Shown one piece after another: positions 18,088 to 28,400 of a stretch of DNA of 64,000 nucleotides. How positions within the stretch are numbered: position 1 is the first letter of the stretch; the number at the start of each line of letters is the position of its first letter. The stretch is from a virus. Made by a program: the position numbers and the translations under genes. The stretch covers positions 1-64,000 of the IMG/VR virus record IMGVR_UViG_3300026097_000980; one strand, 5' to 3'. The notes beneath the pieces are model-generated. The model was not told the DNA's origin. It was given only the letters and a program-made list of their open reading frames with translations, and did no database searches.

Positions 18088-18410
18088 GAAGCCATGTAAT
18101 AGTCGTCGGGGTTAGGGGCTTCGTGCGACATGCATAAAATATCTTCAATGTCTACTTTTTGTATTTTAAGACCGTCGTCGATTTCTACAGATCTAGTCCA
18201 TCTACCATGTTTTACTAAGATCCATTGCCCTACTTTAAATTCTTTTTGTTTAGGACCTACCGCATGAATTTTACACCAACGAGGTTTTATTCCATGCATT
18301 TTTCCGTTGTCGCTTGGAATAATTAATCCGTAAGATGTTACTGTGTCTTCAAAGTCCATTTCAGTAACTACGATGTTATCTTGGATGGCTTCAACAATTT
18401 TTTTAGTCAT
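18084..18410 (-). CDS. groES: Co-chaperonin GroES-like
   Basis: DNIVV...GLIIP mobile loop, AVGP, KVGQWILV, EDIL. Confidence 0.8.
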   Translation of the reverse strand: MTKKIVEAIQDNIVVTEMDFEDTVTSYGLIIPSDNGKMHGIKPRWCKIHAVGPKQKEFKVGQWILVKHGRWTRSVEIDDGLKIQKVDIEDILCMSHEAPNPDDYYMAS

Positions 18411-18612
18411 TTTCTCTAACGTCTCTCGAATTGTTTTTATAATAATCTGCTAGAATTTCTTCTCTGGTTTTAACAATCTCGCCACCTGGACCGAGCATAT
18501 CACCTCTTGCATTGACGTTCATGTTTCCAATAGCCGGAGTCTTTTCGTTTCTAAGTGCAAGTTTTTCGATATCAACTTCTTTACCGCGTAGACTTTTATA
18601 TGTTCTACCCAT
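18403..18612 (-). CDS. Small hypothetical phage protein
   Basis: 69-aa ORF, GGAG RBS, AIGNMNVNARGD.LG.GG. Confidence 0.65.
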   Translation of the reverse strand: MGRTYKSLRGKEVDIEKLALRNEKTPAIGNMNVNARGDMLGPGGEIVKTREEILADYYKNNSRDVREND

Positions 18613-19082
18613 TATATTTCTCCTTTAAAAAATTCACCTATAGGTAAATTGTATTTAATGCTGTTAATTTTGTGTAGATCTAACAAGAACAAGCAGTAAG
18701 ATGCTACACTTGACCCTCGACCTACACCCCATACTATGTTATTTTCTTTTAGAGTATCTACGATATATTTTACACATCTTAATACATCTATCATGTTATG
18801 CTTTTTATATAACTCAATTTCACCAGAGACCCTGTCAATTTCGGCTTGAGAAGAACACAATGAAAAAAGATGTTCTTCTATATCTAAATTCATAATATCG
18901 TTCGGAACGAACCAAGATTGATCTGGGACCAACTGTATGGGATCATAATCTAGATGTTTTTCTTCTATAATTTTGTTGTACTGATCCGCTACATCGTTAT
19001 CAATATCTAAAAATTCTAGGGTACTCAATCCAAATTTAGTTATACTTTTTGCGTATGTTAATTCTTGATTTTTAGTCAACAT
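18612..19082 (-). CDS. DNA polymerase III alpha (DnaE) fragment, pre-catalytic palm segment
   Basis: IVWGVGRGSSVASYCLFLL..HKINSIKYNL...FFK resembles DnaE GPGRGS..GSLVAY.L.IT..DP...L.FERF. Confidence 0.75.
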   Translation of the reverse strand: MLTKNQELTYAKSITKFGLSTLEFLDIDNDVADQYNKIIEEKHLDYDPIQLVPDQSWFVPNDIMNLDIEEHLFSLCSSQAEIDRVSGEIELYKKHNMIDVLRCVKYIVDTLKENNIVWGVGRGSSVASYCLFLLDLHKINSIKYNLPIGEFFKGEI

Positions 19083-19302
19083 TTATCAAATCATCTAAAT
19101 CTTGTTCATCGGTATTTAATTTCTGTTTCTGATATCTTAGATTTCTTTCTTCTTTATAAATGTTAATGGTATTTTCGATTTGTGTCAAGAGCTCAGGCTT
19201 CCCTAATCTATGACTAATGTAATATTTTTTAGATAGGTCGGAAAGTTTGTCGTCGAGCTCTTGATCTGTAAGTTCTGATAAGTTGCCAGTTAGCGGATGC
19301 AT
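19072..19302 (-). CDS. Small helical hypothetical protein (start MHPLTG)
   Basis: TAATG coupling to upstream gene. Confidence 0.55.
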   Translation of the reverse strand: MHPLTGNLSELTDQELDDKLSDLSKKYYISHRLGKPELLTQIENTINIYKEERNLRYQKQKLNTDEQDLDDLINVD

Positions 19303-19877
19303 TAGCTGTATTGCCCTAAGTATCTTAGAAAAATCTTGTCTGAACTGTGTTGCCAAACTTCAACAAACACAGGATCGGTCTGCGAAGATACCTGCAAAGG
19401 ATCAGGAAATCCTGAAGATTTCTTGTACTGTATACCACCAGACTCTACAAAATTGATATTAACCGACGATCCAGCTCCGTACAGTTCAAGCATAATTCTG
19501 CCTACTTTTTCGGCCTGAACTTCTGATGCAGGTAGCTCTTGGAAATTCAATGATGTGTTATTTTGAAATCTCAAAATTTGATAACTACCGTTGGTAAAAG
19601 ACACACTCAACGAAGTAACACCCTCATCTAGAACTTCTAGTTGTTCGAATACTGCATCTTTGCATCCTTGTAAAACCATATTTTCTTGAACGTTATCCGA
19701 ATAATCATTGGATACGTCCAAACGGCTGGCATTTGTTTCAAGATCTGTTATCTCTGTTTTTGCACTGTTAAGGCTTTGCTTAATAGTGTTAAAGTTATCT
19801 CTGAAAACCTGTGTATCATTGTCTTCACCTGCTACAGGAAAGTTTTCATTGATGCTCAAATAATTTATATCACTCAC
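19302..19877 (-). CDS. Putative virion structural (baseplate/tail) protein
   Basis: INENFPVAGEDNDTQ.FRDNF N-terminal motif; located in tail cluster. Confidence 0.55.
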   Translation of the reverse strand: MSDINYLSINENFPVAGEDNDTQVFRDNFNTIKQSLNSAKTEITDLETNASRLDVSNDYSDNVQENMVLQGCKDAVFEQLEVLDEGVTSLSVSFTNGSYQILRFQNNTSLNFQELPASEVQAEKVGRIMLELYGAGSSVNINFVESGGIQYKKSSGFPDPLQVSSQTDPVFVEVWQHSSDKIFLRYLGQYS

Positions 19878-22324
19878 GGTAATTTTTCTCCACGTTGCGG
19901 GAATGCAAGGTATTTATTTCCAAAGTCCCCGTCCAATACATCAATTAGATATCTATCAGACTGAAAATCTATAGATTTAAAATCAAATTCATTTTCCCTA
20001 ATTCTTGATATTATTTTTTCTGCGTTGCCTGGTTTAACATATGCAATTTCTAAACATTTTACATATCCGGGCTCGAAAGATTTGTTTGGCTGGATTGTTC
20101 TCATCCATAGCGGCAATTGATCCCTATATCTTTCACCTGACTGCTTTATTCTATCTCTCATATTTTTAATACTGTTAGGAAATATTCGTTGATGATCAGA
20201 ATCGCTGACCAAAGGAATATCACTGCTTATGTTGATAGCATCATAACTCACTAATATCTTGCTTTCAATTTGATTGGGTAGTTCGATAGTATCGCTGATA
20301 GAGATTCCATCTTTTTCAAATTCGTCTACCACTTCGACATATATTATTTCGTATAGAGTCTCTTGGGTTATTGGATCTTTTGCCACAGCAGATTTTAAAT
20401 CCCCAAATCTTAATCTTTTGTTGTAATGATTTCTTGACATTGCCTGTACATAGGTTACAGCATCAACACTTTCGATACCTCCGAACAGTAATACTCTGAT
20501 TTGCGATCTCACACCGAAATTGGGATCGTTATATCTATACAGTTCGTCAATTGGAAATATATTATTATTTGTTATAAAATTGTACCATTCTAGACGTTTT
20601 TCTTTTTCTTGTAATGCAACTAGATAAAGATTAGCAAATGTTTTATCATTTATATCAGTAACGGTTAAAAAGAATTCTTTGGTTGCTTCGCGTAATCCAG
20701 CAAAATCGATGGCTTTGGCAGTGAATCTAAATACCCTATCAAAAGTTGTATTGCCTTCGTCGAATGTAGTCGTGAATACTTTTTCGTCGTTTACAGTACT
20801 GTAAAACCTTGTCAGCCCAGGTCCGTTATCGTCTGCATACTGTTTTACTTTGCCGGTAATCAATCCAGGGCTTATCAGAGTCAACCCAGGCGGAAGTTCG
20901 CCGCTAACTATTTCGAACTTGGTTTGTGCGTTACTCTCTAGGTTATTTGCAATTATTTCTTTGTTAGAAATAGTATTCGGAACAATTGTTCCTAAATCCG
21001 AGTCGGATACAAACCGAATAGTACTTTCAATTTCACCGATTAGGTCTATGTTGAATGTTTTGTCAGCGGTAGCTACACCCTGTTGCCAGAACGACGGTTC
21101 GTCTGTGGGAATTTTTCCGTTGTGATTTTGTAATGCAATGTAAGGCAATCCGGAAAAATTAACAATGTCGTTCTGAAAGTAGTTTGCGACTAAACTCCAT
21201 GTTCCTCTAAAGTTATAGTCAATATTCGCAAGATTTACAGGAAAGTTAATGGCTCTTATTGTGAACTTATAATTTGTTTTAACCGCGCTTTGATATGGAA
21301 CAACTCCGGCAATATTACCCGTGGTGTTATCTAAAGTTAAACCCGGTGGTAAGACACTTGCTGATCCGTCGTCGTTTACATCTAGGGTTTCGTATATAAT
21401 TGTTCCAGGTAAACTCGGAGGATCATATGTTTCTAGTATTACGGTAACATAATTATTTGCTCTGACCAGCCCTAGATACGAAGCAGTGACCCAGAAAGGA
21501 ACTCTGAATGCAGAGTTGTCTGCTCTAAATAAATTTGTATCAACCTGGATTAAATTGTTATCGGCCTGTAAAAATTCCTCAGTAACTACCCAAATTCTAA
21601 AAGGCCTTCTTACTTCGTTAACTCCGTCGCTCACAGCGACTATAAATGTGTAAAATTTACTTAACCTTCTTGGAACCTGTGTATCTTCGTTGTAATCGAA
21701 CGTGACTGCATCATATAAAAAACTATCGAACCCATTGCTTTGAGCTTCGGGCTTATCTAAAGGAAGTGCATCGTATGATGCAGTATCGTATGTTCCGCTA
21801 AGGGTGTTAGAAGCAAGTACGCTGAACACGGGATCAGTGAATCCAACAATCCTTCCTGCAGAAGTAAGTTCCAGTCCCGGAGGAAGTGAGCCACCGCTGT
21901 CAATTAAGTAATAACTTAAAGTATCACCTGCGGATAGATCATTGTCAGTTGCTTCTAGTTGAAAATCTACACGGCTGTTATCTAAAACAAAATAATTATC
22001 GCCTGCACCTACTTGCAGGAACCCTTCTTCTGTTAACCACTTAGGTATGTCCGATCCTTCCACTGCAAGGCTGAAAGTTCTATCTTTTATGTCTACGGTG
22101 TCGTTTGCTCTTACAACAAATGTATATTCTGTGTATATTCTTACTTCAGCAGGAGCACCTGCAATAATACCATTGTTAAACCGAAGACCTGCTGGTAGAT
22201 CCCCTGCAATTAAGCTGTAGGTAACCACACCGTTGTCTGATTCGGCTTGGAGCGTGATTTCTATAGCTTCTCTTTCTGTTAACAGTCCGAGATCACCTTT
22301 TGGTGTAATCCAGCTCAGTGGCAT
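19874..22324 (-). CDS. Baseplate-wedge-like structural protein with Ig/cadherin-like repeats
   Basis: Repeated G.LP.GL.L...G.I.G units; tail cluster context. Confidence 0.65.
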   Translation of the reverse strand: MPLSWITPKGDLGLLTEREAIEITLQAESDNGVVTYSLIAGDLPAGLRFNNGIIAGAPAEVRIYTEYTFVVRANDTVDIKDRTFSLAVEGSDIPKWLTEEGFLQVGAGDNYFVLDNSRVDFQLEATDNDLSAGDTLSYYLIDSGGSLPPGLELTSAGRIVGFTDPVFSVLASNTLSGTYDTASYDALPLDKPEAQSNGFDSFLYDAVTFDYNEDTQVPRRLSKFYTFIVAVSDGVNEVRRPFRIWVVTEEFLQADNNLIQVDTNLFRADNSAFRVPFWVTASYLGLVRANNYVTVILETYDPPSLPGTIIYETLDVNDDGSASVLPPGLTLDNTTGNIAGVVPYQSAVKTNYKFTIRAINFPVNLANIDYNFRGTWSLVANYFQNDIVNFSGLPYIALQNHNGKIPTDEPSFWQQGVATADKTFNIDLIGEIESTIRFVSDSDLGTIVPNTISNKEIIANNLESNAQTKFEIVSGELPPGLTLISPGLITGKVKQYADDNGPGLTRFYSTVNDEKVFTTTFDEGNTTFDRVFRFTAKAIDFAGLREATKEFFLTVTDINDKTFANLYLVALQEKEKRLEWYNFITNNNIFPIDELYRYNDPNFGVRSQIRVLLFGGIESVDAVTYVQAMSRNHYNKRLRFGDLKSAVAKDPITQETLYEIIYVEVVDEFEKDGISISDTIELPNQIESKILVSYDAINISSDIPLVSDSDHQRIFPNSIKNMRDRIKQSGERYRDQLPLWMRTIQPNKSFEPGYVKCLEIAYVKPGNAEKIISRIRENEFDFKSIDFQSDRYLIDVLDGDFGNKYLAFPQRGEKLP

Positions 22325-22325
22325 A

Positions 22326-22880
22326 CTATGCTCCTGCCAGTATACCGAGATCTAAATCGATTCTACCGGGATTGTCTACTTTTCCAAAATCCACATTGTT
22401 TGAAATCAAAGAAAGCTGAGTAGGATAATCAATATCACCATCTAGCGGACCAAAATCAAATCTATTAATAATTTCATCTAGAGGAAGAATAGTATCTACA
22501 GTAATGACTGATCCCGATGCTGTGGTTTCAACATCGCTGCCGCCTTGTATAGTGACATTTAGATGGTTGTCTGCCAATACAGAACCACTCTGTGTTATTA
22601 AACTTATAAATGCATCTGGCTGAGTGCTGTTGATTGTAATACTGGTATCCGAAGCACTAAGCTGAGTTTTTGTGCCTCCTAGCAGTCTTTTAAATTGTAA
22701 ATCAGCACCATCTTTTTGGGCAAACACACCCTCGCCTGCGATTCCTAGGTTAGAAGCAGTAACAGTAAGAGCCGCACTTATTTCAGTAAAGTTTGCATTT
22801 ACTTTCTCGAATGCTGTGCGCAGGTCATCGCCTAGCCCGTCGTTTACTACATTTCCTAAATTAATTGTTTGAATTGCCAT
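22326..22880 (-). CDS. Baseplate/tail protein with T4 gp9/gp10-like N-terminus (start revised to MAIQTIN)
   Basis: INLGNVVNDGLGDDLRTAFEKVNANF; TAAATA at 22900-22905. Confidence 0.7.
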   Translation of the reverse strand: MAIQTINLGNVVNDGLGDDLRTAFEKVNANFTEISAALTVTASNLGIAGEGVFAQKDGADLQFKRLLGGTKTQLSASDTSITINSTQPDAFISLITQSGSVLADNHLNVTIQGGSDVETTASGSVITVDTILPLDEIINRFDFGPLDGDIDYPTQLSLISNNVDFGKVDNPGRIDLDLGILAGA

Positions 22881-22908
22881 TTGCACGCTCTCTTTATAGT
22901 ATTTACCG

Positions 22909-23733
22909 TTATGTCCAAGTGTCTCCTGACCAAGCAACTCTTTTCCAAATGTTTGTGACGCCGTCGTAGTCATCTGTGCAATAGTAGATATAACTGCTAT
23001 CAAAAGTAACTGCACCTTGTAGATCGCCATCTATGCCTATGCTTGTAGCGGGCGCACCTTGACTAAATCTTGTATTATTAGGTAATCCGTTTGCTTGTAT
23101 TTGACTTGCAACAATTGGTGCAAAGTCAACTAATAAATCACTTTCTGTAACTTGAACATCACTAATAACACTGTAGGGGATAGTACCGTTCACACCGTCT
23201 ACCAATAGTGTGCTGTCATCCGCAAACACACTACCTTCTAGATCGCCGTCTAAGCGATCGCCTTGTTGAATATAGTTTGATAAGTTTGGAGTATTTTGAA
23301 TTTCGCTGTAGTCAACACCTGCGGCAGTAACAACATCTTTAATATCTGTGCCACCTATTTGTAAGTTACCACCTACTATGCTTAGTGTAGTTCCACCTAA
23401 GTCAATAGTACTACCACTTAGATATATGTCCTTAAATCTTTTAGTTGAACTGCCTAGACTGTATTCTTCATTCACATTAGGAAATATGTCTCCACCTACA
23501 GTTAAGTTGCTGGTTATTGTGGTTGCTTGGTCTATAACTATAGCACTGCTGTCTGTTGTGGTAAGTGTGCTACCCGTAAATTCAAAAGCACCTAGATTAA
23601 GGGGAGCTTCATCTAATCCTAATGCAGTATATAACTCGTCGAAGTTGTCGTTGATTTTGTCAAATGCTATTCTTAACGGATCACCATTTCTAGCATTTGC
23701 CGACGTTCCTATGTTTACTGTTTGTTTTGCCAC
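22909..23733 (-). CDS. Tail fibre/baseplate protein, gp9/gp10-like N-terminus
   Basis: VNIGTSAN..NGDPLRIAFDKINDNFDELY; YSLGSSTKRF; IYYC..W C-terminal module. Confidence 0.7.
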   Translation of the reverse strand: MAKQTVNIGTSANARNGDPLRIAFDKINDNFDELYTALGLDEAPLNLGAFEFTGSTLTTTDSSAIVIDQATTITSNLTVGGDIFPNVNEEYSLGSSTKRFKDIYLSGSTIDLGGTTLSIVGGNLQIGGTDIKDVVTAAGVDYSEIQNTPNLSNYIQQGDRLDGDLEGSVFADDSTLLVDGVNGTIPYSVISDVQVTESDLLVDFAPIVASQIQANGLPNNTRFSQGAPATSIGIDGDLQGAVTFDSSYIYYCTDDYDGVTNIWKRVAWSGDTWT

Positions 23734-23743
23734 TTATCGCTCC

Positions 23744-25447
23744 TTACCACGCACCTGTTGTGCCCCAATCTTGTTTAACCCATATATCAGCAGTGCCCGG
23801 TGCCGCCCAATTTGCTATGCAATAATAAATGCTTGTCGAATCTACAGCTACCATACCTGCTCTGTCACCGTCTGCACCTGTGCTATCAGTAGGAGGTATG
23901 CTCCCGATGACTAGATTTTTGATATTAGCAGTAGCGCCACCGTATAGTGTACCGTTGACATACGAATCTAGTGTATTCAAGTCTTGCAATGCTTCAACAT
24001 CATACGATACTATTCTTGTACTGCCAATAGTACTTGTACCGTTTTCGTAGTCTCCGACAATCTTACCATCCACACCATCTACTAACAGTGTGCTGTCGTC
24101 GGCAAATACACTTCCGGAAACGTCTGTGGTGATAGCAGAATTAAGACCTATAGTAATTGTTCCATCACTGTTTCCTGTGATGTTAACATTGTTATCGTTG
24201 TTTATTACAACAGTCTGTTCAAGCGGTACATTAAATGTAGTACTGTCATCGCCTACTGCATATTTTGTATACAATACGTCTGTGTTTAAGGCAATTGTTA
24301 GATTGTCAGTTACTGCATCTGCGGTTAATGTAATTCCGGTGCCTTCTGTCAACACTAATGTATCGGTAACCGCATCGGCTAATAACGGATCCTGACCTGC
24401 AACAGCAATGGAAGTAAATCCTACTCGTGTGTTGGTAATTGTTACACTGCCGGTGCTGGAATCAACACTTATGCCGCTTCCTCCGGTTAAAGAAGTAACA
24501 CCAGTATTCGATAAGGTAACACTGCCGGTCGAACCACTTACTGAAATTCCAGTTGAGCCTGCCAACGTTGTAACACCTGTATTTGTTATTGTTAAAACAT
24601 CGCTGGCATCGTCTGTGGTTATGTTGATGCCATTGCCATTCGCAAAACTCAAGGTATCAGTTGCGCTATCAGCAACAATATCGTTTTGCCCTGCAACAGC
24701 AATAGTTCTAAAAGTAAATTGTACCACATTAGGTGCAGAGTTCGTTATGGTGATATCCCCAGTAACTGGATCCCTAGAACTTATAATAATTCCGCTACCT
24801 GCAGTGGCACTTACTATGCCGTCGTTTTGAATGGTTATACTGCCAGTGGATGAATCAACCGAAACACCTAGCCCTCCTGCTAAAGCAGTAACACCTGTAT
24901 TAGTTACAGTGATATCACCTGTCGAAGAATCAACTCCGACACCGGTTGATGCGGTGAGGGAAGTAACCCCGCTATTTGTAAAAGTTATTGTGTTTGTGGA
25001 AGCTTCTGTAGCGATACCTACACCTGTTCCTACGAGATTTAGATCATCAGCAAATCCAGTTGCTTCTACATCGTCTTGCCCCGCAACGGAAACAGTTTTA
25101 AACGAACCTTCTGCAGGATTTCTTATTAGGTCTCCATCCACGGTTGCGTTCGCTGGAAGGTTTACTGACCCAGAACCGTTTATTGATATTAAAGCACCGT
25201 CGAGACTTATATAGTCGTCAACGAACAACTTAGACCACATTTTAATTTCGCTGCCTAAATCGTATGTGGACGCTTCCTTGGGTATTAGATCAGTGGTTAA
25301 AGAAGTTAAATCCACAGGATCGGAACTGTCTGTTCCTGCAATATTCAAATAAACTTCTGTAAAGTTTGCATTGATATCATTAAATGCCTGCTCTACTGTG
25401 CTCCAAATTAACGGTGGATTGTCTGCACTTATATTCCTTCTTGCCAT
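23744..25447 (-). CDS. Repeat-rich tail fibre protein
   Basis: ~23-aa T.TN.GVT.L repeats; three F..(I/V).VAGQ repeats; shared C-terminal module. Confidence 0.7.
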   Translation of the reverse strand: MARRNISADNPPLIWSTVEQAFNDINANFTEVYLNIAGTDSSDPVDLTSLTTDLIPKEASTYDLGSEIKMWSKLFVDDYISLDGALISINGSGSVNLPANATVDGDLIRNPAEGSFKTVSVAGQDDVEATGFADDLNLVGTGVGIATEASTNTITFTNSGVTSLTASTGVGVDSSTGDITVTNTGVTALAGGLGVSVDSSTGSITIQNDGIVSATAGSGIIISSRDPVTGDITITNSAPNVVQFTFRTIAVAGQNDIVADSATDTLSFANGNGINITTDDASDVLTITNTGVTTLAGSTGISVSGSTGSVTLSNTGVTSLTGGSGISVDSSTGSVTITNTRVGFTSIAVAGQDPLLADAVTDTLVLTEGTGITLTADAVTDNLTIALNTDVLYTKYAVGDDSTTFNVPLEQTVVINNDNNVNITGNSDGTITIGLNSAITTDVSGSVFADDSTLLVDGVDGKIVGDYENGTSTIGSTRIVSYDVEALQDLNTLDSYVNGTLYGGATANIKNLVIGSIPPTDSTGADGDRAGMVAVDSTSIYYCIANWAAPGTADIWVKQDWGTTGAW

Positions 25448-28400
25448 TATGATCTTCCTACTGCAACTTCTATGATTCCAACTTCGGTGGAATCATAATC
25501 TTGTAACGCTTTACCTAAAATTGTACCTACCTTTGCGTCTAAGGTTCTTGTAGCTACGCCTTGTATTTCAGATGTTGTAAGAAGATCACCTTTTTTGATT
25601 TTACCTACAACCTTGACCGGTACCCGTCCTTGTAATGCAATTAAGTTTTTGTGTCCAGGACATCCGGAATTCATACTGTATGCAGAGCTGTCACTTACAA
25701 CACCTGCTACCGCCGAATCTGAATATTTAGATCCAACAGTGACTTCCTTTTCCCCGCCAAACACAAGCACGGTGCCCACATCATACACTGTGTCGCCTTC
25801 GTAGTATTCAGCAAGATCGGCATAAGTAGCTTCAAATCTAGAACCGGTTGACAATGACCATTGTCCTTCAACGGTTCCGGTAGTTAACACGGCACCTGTG
25901 GTTAGGCTCTGTGCTGTAACTCCTGAACAAACAATAGGAGCATTGTTGATACCGTTTTGCTTTCTAAATATGTGTGTTTCGTTATCGTAGAACGTGTTTT
26001 TGTCAGCTACGTCGCCACCGTCTGACATTGTGATTGCAACGTTTCCTAGATAACCATATATCGCAATGGCGCCCGCACTACCTCCTGTGGAGAAAGAATC
26101 AGCAAAATCTCTACTGTCTATTTGTAGCTCTTGTGCATTGATGATCTCGGCCGCAAATCCACCGGCTCCGTCACGCTTAACCAGTGTGTCTGCAACATTC
26201 AACGGGGATGAATCTACCATTTCATAGCTGTCGCCAATTCCGGTTCCCGTGTCGCCTGTGAAACTGGATACATTCTTTCTGCGTATGAATCCTGTGCTGA
26301 TAAAATTAGATTTTTTAAGAGCAAGACCTTCATTTACAATAGTTGAAAAACTCACTGCGGTCGGTGTAGCAGAAGATCCTGTGCTGTTGCCAATCACAGT
26401 ATCTGCCGCTAACTTTTGTATTTTAGAAAGTGTAACACCGTTGTCTTTTAGGGTAACAAATCCGTCAGTGACCGTAAACTGGGTATTGTCAAACGAACTT
26501 ACACCACTTGCCGCTTGCTTTTCAGCATCTGTGCCGGTAGGAGCACTTGCTCTGCCCGAAGCAAGCGTTAAATCTAATTTACTCTGTGCTATGTCTGCTG
26601 AAGAATTAATATCAGCGTCTACAATAACATCTGGCTGAATTTGGGCATCAATGGTTCCTAGTGTACTATCAACACCAAGCGCAATATCGCCCACAACTGT
26701 GGCATTAATGGTACCGTCACTGTCGCCTGTAAACACTAAAATGTCATTTGCATTAGGATCTGTAACGTCAAAGTTTGCAAAATTTTCGATAGTTAGTGAC
26801 TGTAAATTAACGCCATCAGTTGGAGCTACAGGATCGGCAACATTTGTTAAACGATTATCACCGACGTTGAGATCATTTCTCATAGCCAACTGGCCACCAA
26901 GAGCCAAGAAACCACCGCCTGCTGGGATAATTTGGGATTCTAAAACAGGACCACCGGTGTGTGTTAAACCTAATCTTTTATCGATGTAGCCTCTTACTGC
27001 ACTTTCTACAGGTACAGCATCCGCCGCGGCGTCTGCCATTGTGTCATCCACAGAGAATTCAGCAATAACCGCACCGCGTTTAAATCCTAAACCGTCTAAT
27101 TGGCTTAATGCTAACGAAGCACTGAATGTAACACTACCAGTACCTTGGTCTACTTTAAAGAAAGGTCCTACAGAGAAGTTACCAAATTGGTCAGTTGATA
27201 CAAAGAATACCCTTCCGTTGCTTCGTTCTTGAACCTGCGAAGTAGATACAGTTTCCCCATCTTCGTCTTCGTCGGTTGCGAATAACGGAGTAGCTCTAAA
27301 GTTGTTTACTGCCGGCCCGTATATTTCGTTTGGATAGTTAGTATCCGCATAAGAACCAGTACCTATTTCCAGGAAATCGTGCGAAGTTGCACGAGTAAGT
27401 GAAATACGAATAGTCAATGTGCCTTCTGATTGGGTACTAGGTACACCTAATCCTGCTTTAAGAGTCTGCGAATCTGAATAAATTACAGCACTGGTATCTA
27501 AATTATTATTCAGAGTTAACACAGTATAGTCTGGATCTGTTGAGTCAATTCCGGTAACTTGGTAAGTTATCCCGTAATAGGTAAGTTCATAAGGAACTCC
27601 TGTAATACCTGTTTGGATTCTCAACGTATCGCCGTCGTTGATATTTTCGACAGCGATTTGATTGGTCCCTTGGTCACCTATAACTTTACCAAATTCTACA
27701 CTTGTTCCAGTTCCAGTAGTTTCTACCGAAGAAGATTCAATATCAAATACCACAGAACCGTCACTGCTGCCTGTGGTTGCAACAGTGAGTGTGGTCGAAG
27801 TTGGAACATTGAGTACTGTAGGAGCAGTTCCTAGCGATCCGGTAACACTTACTGTACTTGTAGCGGGTCCCACAGTACCAGTTGCCGCACTGGCAAATGT
27901 AAAACTGTCGTTGTCGCAAGTTATAATTTCATAGGTTCCATTATACGCAACACCGCTTGAGATAACAATTTCTTGACCTGGTAAGTACGGAGGTAATTTT
28001 CTTTTAGCAAAAGTTGCTGTTGCTGTTACTCCGTCGCCGTTGAGTGTTAGATCTGTAAGATCGGCCTTGGGAATTAGCTTGTCGCCAATACTGATATTTG
28101 AAGTATCTGATAAACCGGAAATTGTGTTTCCGCTCAATGCTCCGTTTATACCTATTAAAGTGCTGTCGATCGGAGCAACTGGACTTACAGAAAACTGATT
28201 CGATGTATAGTTTTGTGTGCTCACAAAGTAATGTGTATTCAGAGAAATTCCTGGCGGAGCCGAAACCGCTGAAAACTTAACAACATCGCCTATGCGTAAC
28301 CCGTGTCCTGTAGCACTTATTACTCCCGGATTTGCAACAGACACTGTACACGCTGTAAGGCTTTCCGGCGTTTGGAACGGTTGAGAATCAAAAATGTTAA

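Noticed and set aside
7875-18410. Cellular (bacterial) origin suggested by clpA/dnaJ/groES/fdxA
   Set aside because: Interleaved with lysis, baseplate and fibre genes, a gp44-type clamp loader and T4-like late motifs
22881-23030. Long N-terminal extensions in the ORF track (also 3664, 6572, 36738, 38074, 44603, 55429, 59575)
   Set aside because: They overlap upstream genes; downstream starts have an RBS, coupling or promoter support
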